Shown in pieces: positions 39,417 to 49,990 of a stretch of 64,000 nt of DNA. Position 1 is the stretch's first letter, and each line of letters opens with the position of its first letter. Both the position numbers and the translations under genes were made by a program. Source of the DNA: Lama glama (lineage: Eukaryota); contig CM052818.1 of the NCBI GenBank assembly GCA_028534125.1, forward strand, positions 48,732,001 through 48,796,000, written 5' to 3'. Below the pieces are notes generated by a model that made no database searches, was not told the origin of the DNA, and worked only from the letters and a program-made list of their open reading frames with translations.

Positions 39417-39572
39417 NNNNNNNNNNNNNNNNNNNNNNNNNNNNNNNNNNNNNNNNNNNNNNNNNNNNNNNNNNNNNNNNNNNNNNNNNNNNNNNNNNNN
39501 NNNNNNNNNNNNNNNNNNNNNNNNNNNNNNNNNNNNNNNNNNNNNNNNNNNNNNNNNNNNNNNNNNNNNNNN
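39417..39572. other. N-run of 156 nt (others: 33589-33751, 163 nt; 42101-42234, 134 nt)
   Basis: Directly visible. The flanks here look MIR-like ('ggtaaaggaaaactgag'). Confidence 0.99.
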
Positions 39573-41694
39573 ATAATTTCAGGTAAAGGAAAACTGAGCT
39601 GTATAGAGCTTCACTCTCGTTCAGTACTGGGTGGAAAATAACAGAGGCCACACAAATTATTATTTGCTTAAAATTAATTGAAAATGAACCTGGTACTGAG
39701 GGTGTCTGTGTCTCCCTCTCCCAGCTCTGCATCGTCCTCCGCTGACCTGTCTTCCTCTCTCTCCTGGGGCAGCTCTTCATCCTTGGTGTGTGTCCCACAC
39801 TTTCCCCTGGGCCGGGTGTGTGCCGGGCACTCAACACACAGGGCTCAGAACTGACCAGTTTCACGGGGCCACGTACAAACTTGGCGCTCGAGTCTGATGT
39901 TCCTAAAAACAAAATGTTTTAATTGAAAGACACTTCCACACAGTGCCCCCCGGGCATAACGCCCAGCTGCAAACCTATTTTGCAGCGGGGAATGTTCAGT
40001 GGGTTCTCAGAGACACCCGGGGGGCGGAGGCTGGCTCTCACACGCCGACAGAGCTGTTCCCGTCGCATCACGGGTCTCCTGAGATCAGGGCGGAAACAAA
40101 CGTGATGTTCTTGGCCTCAGTGCAACTATGAGCATCTTCGCTCTGGAGATGCCCTGGCTGGACTGCTTTATTTAGGAGCTCCCGGCTGTGGGGCTGCCCC
40201 GGGGCTCTGCCTTTTCAAGTAACCTCTGAATTCTTAAGGTACAATTAGTGAACAGCATTGGCATGTCCCGCAGGGTGTGGAGCCTATTTTAAAATGGTGC
40301 CTTCAGGGTAGGGAGCCCGGCTTTGGTTATCCTGGGACCTCGGAGCAGAAACCCCAAATGTGACTGGTGAACGTCTTAGCAGGACTGTGGGCAGCAGTCT
40401 GCACGCTTCCTTGGCTGTGGGAGACGCTCTAATTGCCCTTCTCCACATGACTGTGTGCACCAGACACGTTAAGTTTCACCTTATCTGACAAATGCCGTGT
40501 AGCTCCTCCTGTGTGCTGGGGGCTGGGCGCCATTCTGAGAACCTCTTTCTCCAGGGGAGGAAATCTTGCTGAGTCTGACCCCTGCCTCGAGTTAGTTACA
40601 GAGACCCCGGTTATCCGTCAGCCCCGTTTAACTTAGTTTGACATAATACTCAAACATTCACAGACACAGCTGTGTCACCCCTAGGAGGTGACACCTCTTC
40701 TCTCTCTAAGTGACGGTACCCGTCCCTTGATCCAGTTGCCACGACTCTGGGCCAAACCTCCCCGACAGCTCCCAGTTTCACTGGGCTCATGAGTCTGCAG
40801 TGTGGGTGGGGGTCACAGGGAGTGCCCGTCTCTGCTCTCCGGGGCATCGCTGGGGACTGTCAAAGCCTGTGACCATGTGCAGACCACTCTCTCGCCCTCC
40901 TGGGTGGATGCTGACTGGCTGACCCGTTAGCCGGGCCTGGGCCAGGACACCTCCGTGTGGCCTCTGTGCCGTCCCAGCTTGCTCGCAGCACGGCGGCCGG
41001 TCCCCAGGGTGAGTTCGCCCAGAGCGACCCCAGGGGCTGCCGCGCCGCCTTCTGAGCGCCGCCTGCGAGGAACGTGGGCGCCCTGGTAGTGCGTTTCTTG
41101 CTGTGGTCCCAGCTTCCAGTTTCCCTGGGAGAGGACGTGGAGGCCAGCTCTTGTCAGGGCTCCTCGAAGTTCTGAAAGAACAGGAGACTGGAACCCCCTC
41201 CGTGGTCCTTTAGAGAAATGTCGTCTCTCCCAGGGCTGAGGGTTAAGTTGATGCACCCAGTACGTGCCCTGTGCTTTCGGCTCTGTTCGCATTTAGACAC
41301 AAGACAAGCATTTCCTTTGCTGATTTTATCTTTGCGTTTTCCTTCAGCGTGGAGGCTTGTTTCTTTTTCACATTTAATCAGCCTTTGATGCCCCACTGCC
41401 ACCTTTCCTGTTACCTTAATTTGAATATCTAATGTTCAACAACAAAAACGTTCTGAGTTTCTGTTTTGATAAACCCTCTCTTTTTCTTCATCTTCCTTCT
41501 CAGCTATCCCAGAAATCACCACTACTACTTGTAGGCAGAAAACTGAGTCCAGGAGAGAAGGGACACAGGGAGTTGGGGGAAGAATTCAGCTAGAATCTCA
41601 CTTCTCAACACGTCAGTGTTTCTCCCACCCATCCCTAATTCCAACTTCCTCGCTCTAAACAGGGCTGACCCGGGCATTTCTGAAGCCCCTTAAA

Positions 41695-41818
41695 CCAATC
41701 AATCAATTGATCAATCATTTAATCAATCAACGGATCAATCAACCTATCATGGAATAATCTCAACTGGGGCTTACACCGCAATTTTCAGTGTGCAGCCTAC
41801 AGACAGACAGACAGACAG
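41695..41818 (+). repeat. (TCAA)n and (GACA)n tetranucleotide repeats
   Basis: caatcaatcaatt...atcaatcaac and acagacagacagacagacag. Confidence 0.8.
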
Positions 41819-41857
41819 CAGGAAGCAGTCTTCCTTTGCTGCTGTGGGAAACAAGCT

Positions 41858-42395
41858 TTATTAATTTATTTTTTTAAATTTTGCTTTTTATTGAAGTATA
41901 GTTGATTTACAATGTTAGTTTCAGGTGTACAGCAAAGTGATACAGTTGTATGTATACATACGTCCATATACTTTTTCAGAATCTTTTCTATTATAGCTCA
42001 TTACAACAAATTGAATATAGTTCCCTGTACTATACAGTAGATCCTTGTTTATCTATTTTATATATAGTAGTGTGTATCTGTTAATTCCAAACTCTAATGG
42101 NNNNNNNNNNNNNNNNNNNNNNNNNNNNNNNNNNNNNNNNNNNNNNNNNNNNNNNNNNNNNNNNNNNNNNNNNNNNNNNNNNNNNNNNNNNNNNNNNNNN
42201 NNNNNNNNNNNNNNNNNNNNNNNNNNNNNNNNNNGTGAAGTAAGACAGAGTAAGACAAATATCATAGGATGTCACCACTTATATGTGGAATCTAAAAAAG
42301 ATACAACATTTATTTACATACCAGAAACAGACTTATGGACATAGAAAACAAACTATGGTTACTAAAGGGGAAAAGGGGGGAGGGATAAGTTAGGA
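41858..42395 (-). mobile_element. L1 insertion with 5' inversion (contains N-run 42101-42234)
   Basis: Antisense 3' end to 'ccaaactctaat' (~42098), then a sense segment ending 'gggataagttagga'. Candidate TSD core ggaaaca (41847 / 42393). Confidence 0.85.
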
Positions 42396-45176
42396 AACAC
42401 ATTTTCAGTCCTGAAAATGCCTACCCACAGCGCGCGCACACACGTGCACACCCTCTACATCGCCAGGCAGCAAGCGAGAACTGTTTCCCAAGATGCTTCA
42501 TCCTGCAGCTCTGAACGCTGTCAAATGCCGCGTTCGGGTTTCCAGGAGGGGACTCCCGGGCTGCGGTCCTGTCATTCTGTTTCCTTCAGTCTCAGCCTCC
42601 TGGGCTGGGATTTGCGGGCGGGGGTATAAATGTGAGCGAGACCCGGGCCCCCTGAGTAGACGCCTTTCGTCCTCAAGGAAGCGGAAACAAACGGCCTTGC
42701 CAGCTCCTCGCCCGCCCCCTCAGCCTCACAGGAAACGCCCAGGACTCTGACTGCAAGTTGCAGGTTTTTACTTCCCAGGATTTGCCACAGGCCTGGTCTG
42801 GACCGTGCAATGGGGCCTGCAGTGTGTTGGAAAAAAGTGACTTAAAAATCGTTTTTTGACACAGGGGAAAATGTTGTGGTTAAGCTGTCGCGGAAAGCAC
42901 CTTTGTGGAGCCCACCCCAGGCTCCCTTCAGGGTCAGATTTCACACTTGCAAATTAAAATGTCAGCCTCACAATCTGTGCGGCTCGCCGGGCTGCGAAAC
43001 TGCCTCCTTGGCCAGGGAAGCCTCAGACCTCGGCTGAAGCCGAGGCCCCGATCTTCGACACAACCGGATGTGCTTGAGTTTGGTGGGGTGTGTGCATGTT
43101 CCCCCGTGTCTCCTTGGGGTGCTTCAGTTCCATTGAGGGGATAATGTTAAGCACCTACTGAATACTCAGCAGGGTCCTAAGCTGTTTGCATTTCTAGAAG
43201 TCTTAGCCATATGAGGTCAGCTCTCACTTGTTCCATCTGCATTTTCCTGAAGTTTAAAAGGCCTTTCTGCTTTAGGACACACACCTGGGATACACACACG
43301 TCCTCTCACTGACACGGCTGCTCTGGTGACTCGAGAGGGTGGAACTTGAGGGGTCTGTCTTGACCTCCTACTTGTCAGGGAGACCAGATGCTGAGGGACC
43401 AGAAGGACTTGGCTAAAACCCGCTCTTCCCCATGAGGAGGTTTCACGAGGTAGATATTAGATCAGCCTGACCGCACAGCCTTGAAACCGTTCCCAGAAAC
43501 CGATGTTTTAAACTAACACATTGCTTTCTCCTGGGAGAGCGGCTTCTCGCAGTCATGGGCTCCATCCTTTGTCAGCTGAGAAAAGAAGGTGGACGATGTC
43601 AGGGACAAGGCTCCGTGGGCAAGAGGGTGAAGCCAAGGGGAAGGGGATAAAATCAGGGGCATTCAAGTCCTATCCGATGTGCTTCCAGACATAGAGGAAG
43701 TCGGCTGGCCGTCCTGCAAGGGGGAAATGGCTTTCCTTCATGAGGAAATAGCTTTTGAAATGTCTAAAAATGTCAGGTCAGAGCATACGCATTTTTCAAA
43801 CTGGTTGAACTAGAGTCTTTAGAAAGATGCGGGGTGTCTTCCCTGGGCTGGCATCATCCACGCAGGACCTGCAGTCCCCAGTCGTGCCTTAGGTTTTCCT
43901 TGTGTTTCATGTGCCTCGCTGTCTCCAAAATGCGATCTCACCTGCCGGCTAAGCTCGAGGCTCCTGCAAGCATTGCATCATCGTTGACAAGTGGGTCCCA
44001 CTTGTTTTGTGATGTTCCTTTAGCTGCTTCTCCCGGCCCCCCACCAGACTTGCTTCCTGGAGACAGAGCCTGCTTAGATAAGGGGGCCCTCCCAGACACC
44101 CCCCCTCAGTTATGGGGCCGGTGGGCTTCCAGGAGGGAGGGCTGGATGACACCCGCCCATCAGGGACCAGGAAGCCGAGCCCTGCAGCGAGCAGAGACGC
44201 TGCCCGGGGAGGGTCACTGAAGGGGAACCCACGCTCGGGTGGCCTCCAAGGCCAGCACGGAGGCCCCTTGAAGGTGGAGCACCCCATCCACTGCCCCACT
44301 GGTCTTCAGGAACGGATCCCATGAGTAAAACTACCAGTTGACCAAGTTCCTCCAGCTCTCCCGGTGGGGGTCTGCCTGCCCCGAGTGAGGGGTCGTTGGC
44401 TGACAGAAGAGGTGACTCCCTGGGTTTAGAGACCATTGAAGACCACCCCCCACCCCCCGCCAAGATCCCTGGGAGGCTGGGCCTGTGTGTGTGTGTTTCC
44501 CCATATTTGTTATTCTTTTCGCCCAAGAGTACCTGAGTTAATTAAAGCCCAATTAAGCCTCAGCGATGATCCAGACCTTGCTTATTCCTGACTCCAGAAC
44601 AGATTAACTGGCTTCTGTGACTGGTCTCAAATTGCAGGAAGGAAGGAGCAGTTTGCATGTGGCAGGAGGCCTGGCGGTAAACTAAAGAGAGGCTTCACAA
44701 AGCACCCGGCACACGGGGACCCGGTCTCTGCTCCATCTGTGCCCAATAATTCTAAGTTTCTTATTTTAATCGGATAATAATAGGACCTGTACAAACGGTA
44801 GGTCTAATATACATAGCAGTGTGAGACCGTCCATTTGTGGGGATTCGGTTTTCTGGCACAGGGCTGGGAATGACCTGCAGGGAGATTCCTTCCAGCCCTG
44901 CCTTTTTAAAGAGGAGGAACCACATCTGCTTGATGCAGTTCAAGCACTTAGCGGCCCCGTGAACGCAGGAACACACACGGGCTCTTCATCCCGCTGCGAT
45001 GCTAGTTGTGCTGTGCCTTCATTTCCTGCATCGAGTGTCTCAGAGTAAGTCCTGAGCAACCTCTTTTCTACCAAAGGCATTTGTGCCTGCAGATATCTGT
45101 ACATATATATGCACACATGTATATCTAAGATATTTAAATACACTTTATTATGTGGATTGAATATATAAACATGTAC

Positions 45177-45598
45177 TTTTTTATTTTTAAAAAATGTATT
45201 ATTAAAGTGTAGTTGATATACAATGTTAGTTTCAGGTGTACAGCAAAGTGATTTCAGTTATACACACACATACACGTTTTCTTTTCAGATTCTTTTCCAT
45301 TATATGTTATTGTAAGAAATTGAATATAGTTCCCTGTGCTACACAGTAGGTCCTTGTTGTTTATCTATTTTATAAATAGTCATGTGTATCTATTAATCCC
45401 CAACTCCTAATTTATCTCTCCCCACTCCTTCCCCTTTGGTAACCATAGATTTTTTTTTTTTAATGTCTGTGAGTCTGTTTTTGGTTGTACATAGCATTTG
45501 TATCATTTTTTTTCAGATTCCACATATAAGTGATATCATATGATATTAAAAAATGATCATATTGAGTGAAGTAAGTCACACAGAGAAAGAAAAATATA
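45177..45598 (-). mobile_element. L1 insertion with a short 5' inversion
   Basis: Antisense 3'UTR to 'gatatcatatgatatt' (45547), then sense 'atcatattgagtgaagtaagtcacacagagaaagaaaaatat'. Degenerate TSD atataaacatgtactt (45163) / atataaatatttattt (45594). Confidence 0.88.
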
Positions 45599-46149
45599 AA
45601 TATTTATTTAAATTGTATTTAAAATACAGAAGAATTAGTAATAGCAACCTTAGAGAAAATAAATAGGTTTCATTTTATTCTAAAATGCATGCTCTATCAT
45701 ATATATGTGATTTTTTGCATTTTATGACCAATTAGCCTTTCCTTCTCTGAGGAATTCTGACGCAATGATACTGAGAGAAGGTAACACTGCAAGCCATGTG
45801 CTCTGACGAGCATTTAGAGGCAGGACTCCTGCCTTTTTGACTCCAGTGTGCATTCTCCTCACGTAGTGTTTACACACACTTTGATTTGCAGTGGGTGCAG
45901 AGAACACAGTCGTTGCAACACGGAGTGGGTACCAGTGCTTCAGTTTTCATGGAGAAAATGATCTTCGAACACCGTAACACTGACTGATTCTCCAAAGCCT
46001 AATCCATGATTAGATGAAGGCAGGTCTCCTAGGACATACGCGAGTGGAGAGGAGAGAAAACAGCCCTGCTGCTGATTCAAGCCTAAAAAAAGCACAAATG
46101 ATCCAGTTTCTCCCAAACAATGACAGAGGGAACCCCACTAACGGATCCC

Positions 46150-46580
46150 CAGCGCGTGCTCCACGGCTTCTGCTCTCGTTAACCTGCCTCAGCAGCACAG
46201 ACCCGGCCCTGGGCCCCGGCAGCTGTCACCGAGCGCCGCCCCCCGCCCCCCGGCGCGGCGCCGGCACAGGCAGGCCGCTCCCGGGTTTGGCGCCTGGGCC
46301 TCGCCGGTTTCCCGTCCTGCGCTTCACCGCCCAACTCCGCCGCCTCGCCGGCACCTGCCGGCCCGCGTGCAGCCTCCCCCTTGGCTCTCGGGCTGCGGGA
46401 AGTGCGGGAAAGGGCCGGCGGGACTTCGCGGCGGGAGGCGGCGCTTGCTAAGGCGCGCCCGCCCCGGTTCTCCTGCGGGCCTGGGCGGCTCGTCCGGACC
46501 CCAGCAGGAAGCTGGCTGTTTACAGAACACCCGCGGGGCAGTGGCTCTTCCACAAATGAGTGAGCGAGGCCCGACTCTAG
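46150..46580. promoter_or_regulatory. Second CpG island (distal promoter or enhancer)
   Basis: Dense CpG, GC boxes 'cgccccccgccccccg' and 'cccgccccg', ETS-like 'cgggaagtg' and FOX-like 'tgtttac'. No convincing donor site. Confidence 0.7.
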
Positions 46581-46890
46581 GACTCAAGAAATGCTAACAA
46601 GTCCCGGGGAAATGCATCCGCCAGGCAAGGAAGCACGCGGTGGGGCGTGACAGTTTCAGAGGTCACCCAGGTGTTCGTCTTAAAGAAGCTGAATCGCCTT
46701 ACGTGTCTCTCATAGGAGATCGACATGTGTCTGACCCTTCCTCCAAGACCCCCTCTGATGGCAGCTCCAACATGTCCCGAGGTCTGCTGTAAGAAGTGTC
46801 CAGCCACTGGCTCCGTGAAGAATTCGGATTTGGGAAAACAAAATCTTACATGTTTAGTAGAAGGTAGAAATACGTAAGTTTGCCAGTGTC

Positions 46891-47005
46891 TTTCTTTTTT
46901 TCAAATTTTATTTTATTATTATTTTTTAATGGAGGTACGTGGGGATTGAACCCAAGACCTCGTGTGTGCTAAGCGTGTGCTCTAACGCTGAGCTCTGCCC
47001 TCCCC
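46891..47005 (-). mobile_element. Camelid tRNA-derived SINE (Vic-1 type) with TSD
   Basis: 'atggaggtacgtggggattgaacccaagacctcgtgtgtgctaagcgtgtgctctaacgctgagctctgccctcccc'. TSD gccagtgtctt (46882) / gccagtttctt (47008). Confidence 0.9.
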
Positions 47006-47049
47006 CAGCCAGTTTCTTAAAACAACAAACAAAAACATGGGGTGAATGT

Positions 47050-47585
47050 TGATTACTGTCCTGGATTCGTGTAAGTCCCATTGGGAGAGTTTCTTATGCA
47101 GATCAAGGGCAGCATATGGCTGTAAGATAGATTTATTCAGAGAGATGCACACTCCATAGACAGAATGCAGGCGTCTCAGAAGGACAGAGAAAGGCTGAGA
47201 GAGAAACAGAGACAGAAAGACAGAGACAGAGAGAGACAGAGATAGAGACAGAGAGACAGAGCCAGAGAGCACCCTAGGATGTAGGGGTGTTAGTTTTCAT
47301 GGGCTCAGTAACTTCATATGCTAACAAGTGGGAGGATCATTCCAACTACTCTGGGGAAGGGGCTGCGAGTCCCAGGAACTGGGCCATCACCCACTTTTTG
47401 ACCTCCTAGGGCCAGCCTTGAAACTGTCATGGCACCGGTGGGTGTGCCGCTTGGCAGCCATTGTGTGACAATGAATGCATAACGAAGCTCAAGGTCTACC
47501 GGGAGTTGGATCTTCCGCCATCTTGGTGCTGACTGCTGCGTCCTTCCTTTAATGGCTGTGCCCTGCCCCCTTCCCTGCAGCCTCA
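47050..47585 (-). mobile_element. ERV1 solo LTR, MER41-like, with internal (GA/GACA)n expansion
   Basis: Ordered MER41-type blocks 'atttattcagagaga..ctccatagacag', 'tatgctaac..ggatcattc..ggggaagggg..cccaggaactg', 'aaactgtcatggcaccggtggg', 'cgccatcttgg'. AATAAA on the minus strand at ~47132. Confidence 0.65.
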
Positions 47586-47746
47586 CCCCCTTCTGTCTCC
47601 TGTCCACTCCCACCTGGGACGGGGATCACATCAGAACCGCAGGAGGGGCTGGTGAAAACACACAGTGCCAGCCAGACCCCCGGAGCTCCTGAACCAGCGA
47701 GCCTGGGGCAGATGTGGAGAATGCTCACCTTTCACAAGACCCCAGG

Positions 47747-48229
47747 GGTTCTGGGTTGAATTGTATGCTTGCCCACCAACCCCCACCAACACCTCCCGAA
47801 AAGGTATGTTGACACCTTGGACCCTAGAACTGGGAACATGGCCCTGCTGGAAATAGGGCGTTTGAGACGAAATCAGGTTGAGACGAGGGCGTCCAGGACT
47901 AGGGTAGGTCCTCATCCAGCGGGGTGTGTCCTTACAAGAAGAGGGAAATTTGAACTTGAGCACAGGGGAACTCGGGGAAGGCACCATGTGATGCTAGAGG
48001 CGGAGATTAAAGTGATGTGTCTGTCGGCCAAGGGACACCCAAGATGGCCGGCAAAGCACCAAAAGCTAGGGAGAGGCGAGGAGCAGGTTTTCCCTCGGAG
48101 ACCTCAGGAGGAACCAATGTTCACGAGCCTTGACTTTGGACCTAACGTCCGGAACCCTGAGGGAATGCGTTTCTGTTGTTTTGAGGCCCTGTTTCTGGTC
48201 CCTGACTGCAGCGCTCGGACGTTAGCACA
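47747..48229 (+). mobile_element. ERVL-MaLR solo LTR, MLT1C-like
   Basis: 'gggttgaattgt..ggaaataggg..gtccttacaagaagagg..ccatgtga..gaggcggagatt..gccaaggga..aagctagggagagg..tttctgttgttttgag..agcaca'. Confidence 0.8.
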
Positions 48230-49414
48230 CCTGGTGATGCTTCTGCTACCCGGGGAGCCCTCCTCGAGACCGCGCCTTGACAGCCACTGACCTGGGCTGC
48301 AGCAGTGGGCTCCAAGCGGCTCCTCTCCCCGCCTCGCACCTTTCTAACAGCTGGGCTTTAGCGATGTGAAACGTAGGTGAGTAACGCCATTTCCTTATCA
48401 AAAACAAGCTGAGTCCCTTCGCAAAGCATTCAAGGATCTCTGTGACAAGATCCCATTGTGCGTGTGCATGTGTGTGTGTGCCCTCAGCCCTGGACCTGAC
48501 ATTCAAACCCTCGCTTGGTGCCTGGCCTGCTGGCTGAGCCCCACACCACTGTCCACCCTTTAGCTGCACGCGGGCTGCTTGTTCAGCCCAGAACATCCAC
48601 ATTCTTCATCCTCTGGAGTCCCTCCTAGCCCTCAGCGATGCACTAAAAATGGACTTTCTCTCGGCACGTGTGTGTGTGTGTGCATGTTATATGAAGCTGT
48701 GTATGTTTATCACGATGTTTTGACAGCGGTAATCATTTCACGTACTTTATTCCTGTGAAGGATAGCACAAGGAGCATTACTTTGATTTCCTGGAGGGAAA
48801 TTCGGTTCACCAAGGTCACACAGGTGGCTGGCGGCAGAGATGGGACTGGAACCCAGGACGTCTGGTTCCCAGTTCTGGACAACGCCATTAGTTCTGTGTC
48901 ATTGCATTGAAATAATCTGTGCAGTAGGTGAGTATCTATTTCACGGTCTTTGTAGACTGTTAGTCGTTTGTATATAGGCTCTATGAGAACAGTTATTTTT
49001 GAATCTCTTAATACACCCCGCCCAAGTCTAGCACATATTAGATAACTAGTGTTTGAGGAAGAAGGAAAGAAAAAAAAAAGAAAGAAAAAGAAGGGGAAAA
49101 AAAGGAAGGGATGAATTTCAACACTGTATCAGATTGGACTGGGGCAATGACCTAGATGACACAATCTATTTACTCTCCAAACACACTGCTAAGGGAAACA
49201 CAATTGTGTCTGTGTGCATGTATCTGAACATGACATATGTATATGATTTCATCTATGTCCTGCTTACACACAAATGCATGGATCCCGCCAGTTAAATTCT
49301 TAGTTTATCCCATGAAGGTTCTTCTTTTGGCTACTGCCCTCATATCAACATTTTTTTTAATAAAGGATAAATTTCCCAGCCCTAGGCCCTTGTAGTAAAT
49401 ACACAATTATTCAT

Positions 49415-49588
49415 GTGTTTTTACATCACTACTTTATCTATTTTTTTAATACTTTTACTCAACTGTATCTCACTCTTGAATTCTTTCCTGCACGAAGCCA
49501 AGGACCCTCACTTGGCAGGGGTGCATCCCGGGGACTCGACTGAGAGCTGGGACATGGCCACCCTCTTGTGCCCCATTTTCTCCTGTAT
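49415..49588 (+). mobile_element. ERV1-type LTR 3' (R/U5) fragment
   Basis: 'ctcactcttgaattctttcctgcacgaagccaaggaccc' is a typical ERV1 U5 motif. Confidence 0.5.
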
Positions 49589-49799
49589 CGGGGGACAGAC
49601 GTGGCTTCTAAGGGGGAGGGAGCCATTGACTGGTTCCTATGGGAGGGGGTAATGAAGAGAATGGGGGGGGTTTACTCAGCATTATTTTAGCTTCCTCAAA
49701 CCTAATTAAGCAATTAAAAAAGATTTTATTATAAATTTTGCTGGGGAATTCCAGAGAAGGCAGCTCAGGGAATGAAAGTCGCAAGGAGCCGAGGGAACT

Positions 49800-49990
49800 G
49801 CTGTCTCCCCACTTCCTCTCCCTCTTTCTCTTTCCTCTTTCTCCTCCTGTCTCTCTCCCTCTCTCTGTTTCTCTCTGTCCCTCCGTCTCTGTCTTTCCCA
49901 CCCCTCCATCTCCCCCTCCGTCTTCACCTCTCCCTTTGCCCACTCCCCTCACTGTCCTGCCTCCTCCCGTGTCTCGTTCCCTCCCTCAGA
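49800..49990 (+). repeat. Polypyrimidine (CT-rich) low-complexity tract
   Basis: ~190 nt almost entirely C/T. Confidence 0.85.

Noticed and set aside
47769-48290. 173-aa ORF
   Set aside because: Lies almost entirely within an MLT1 LTR.
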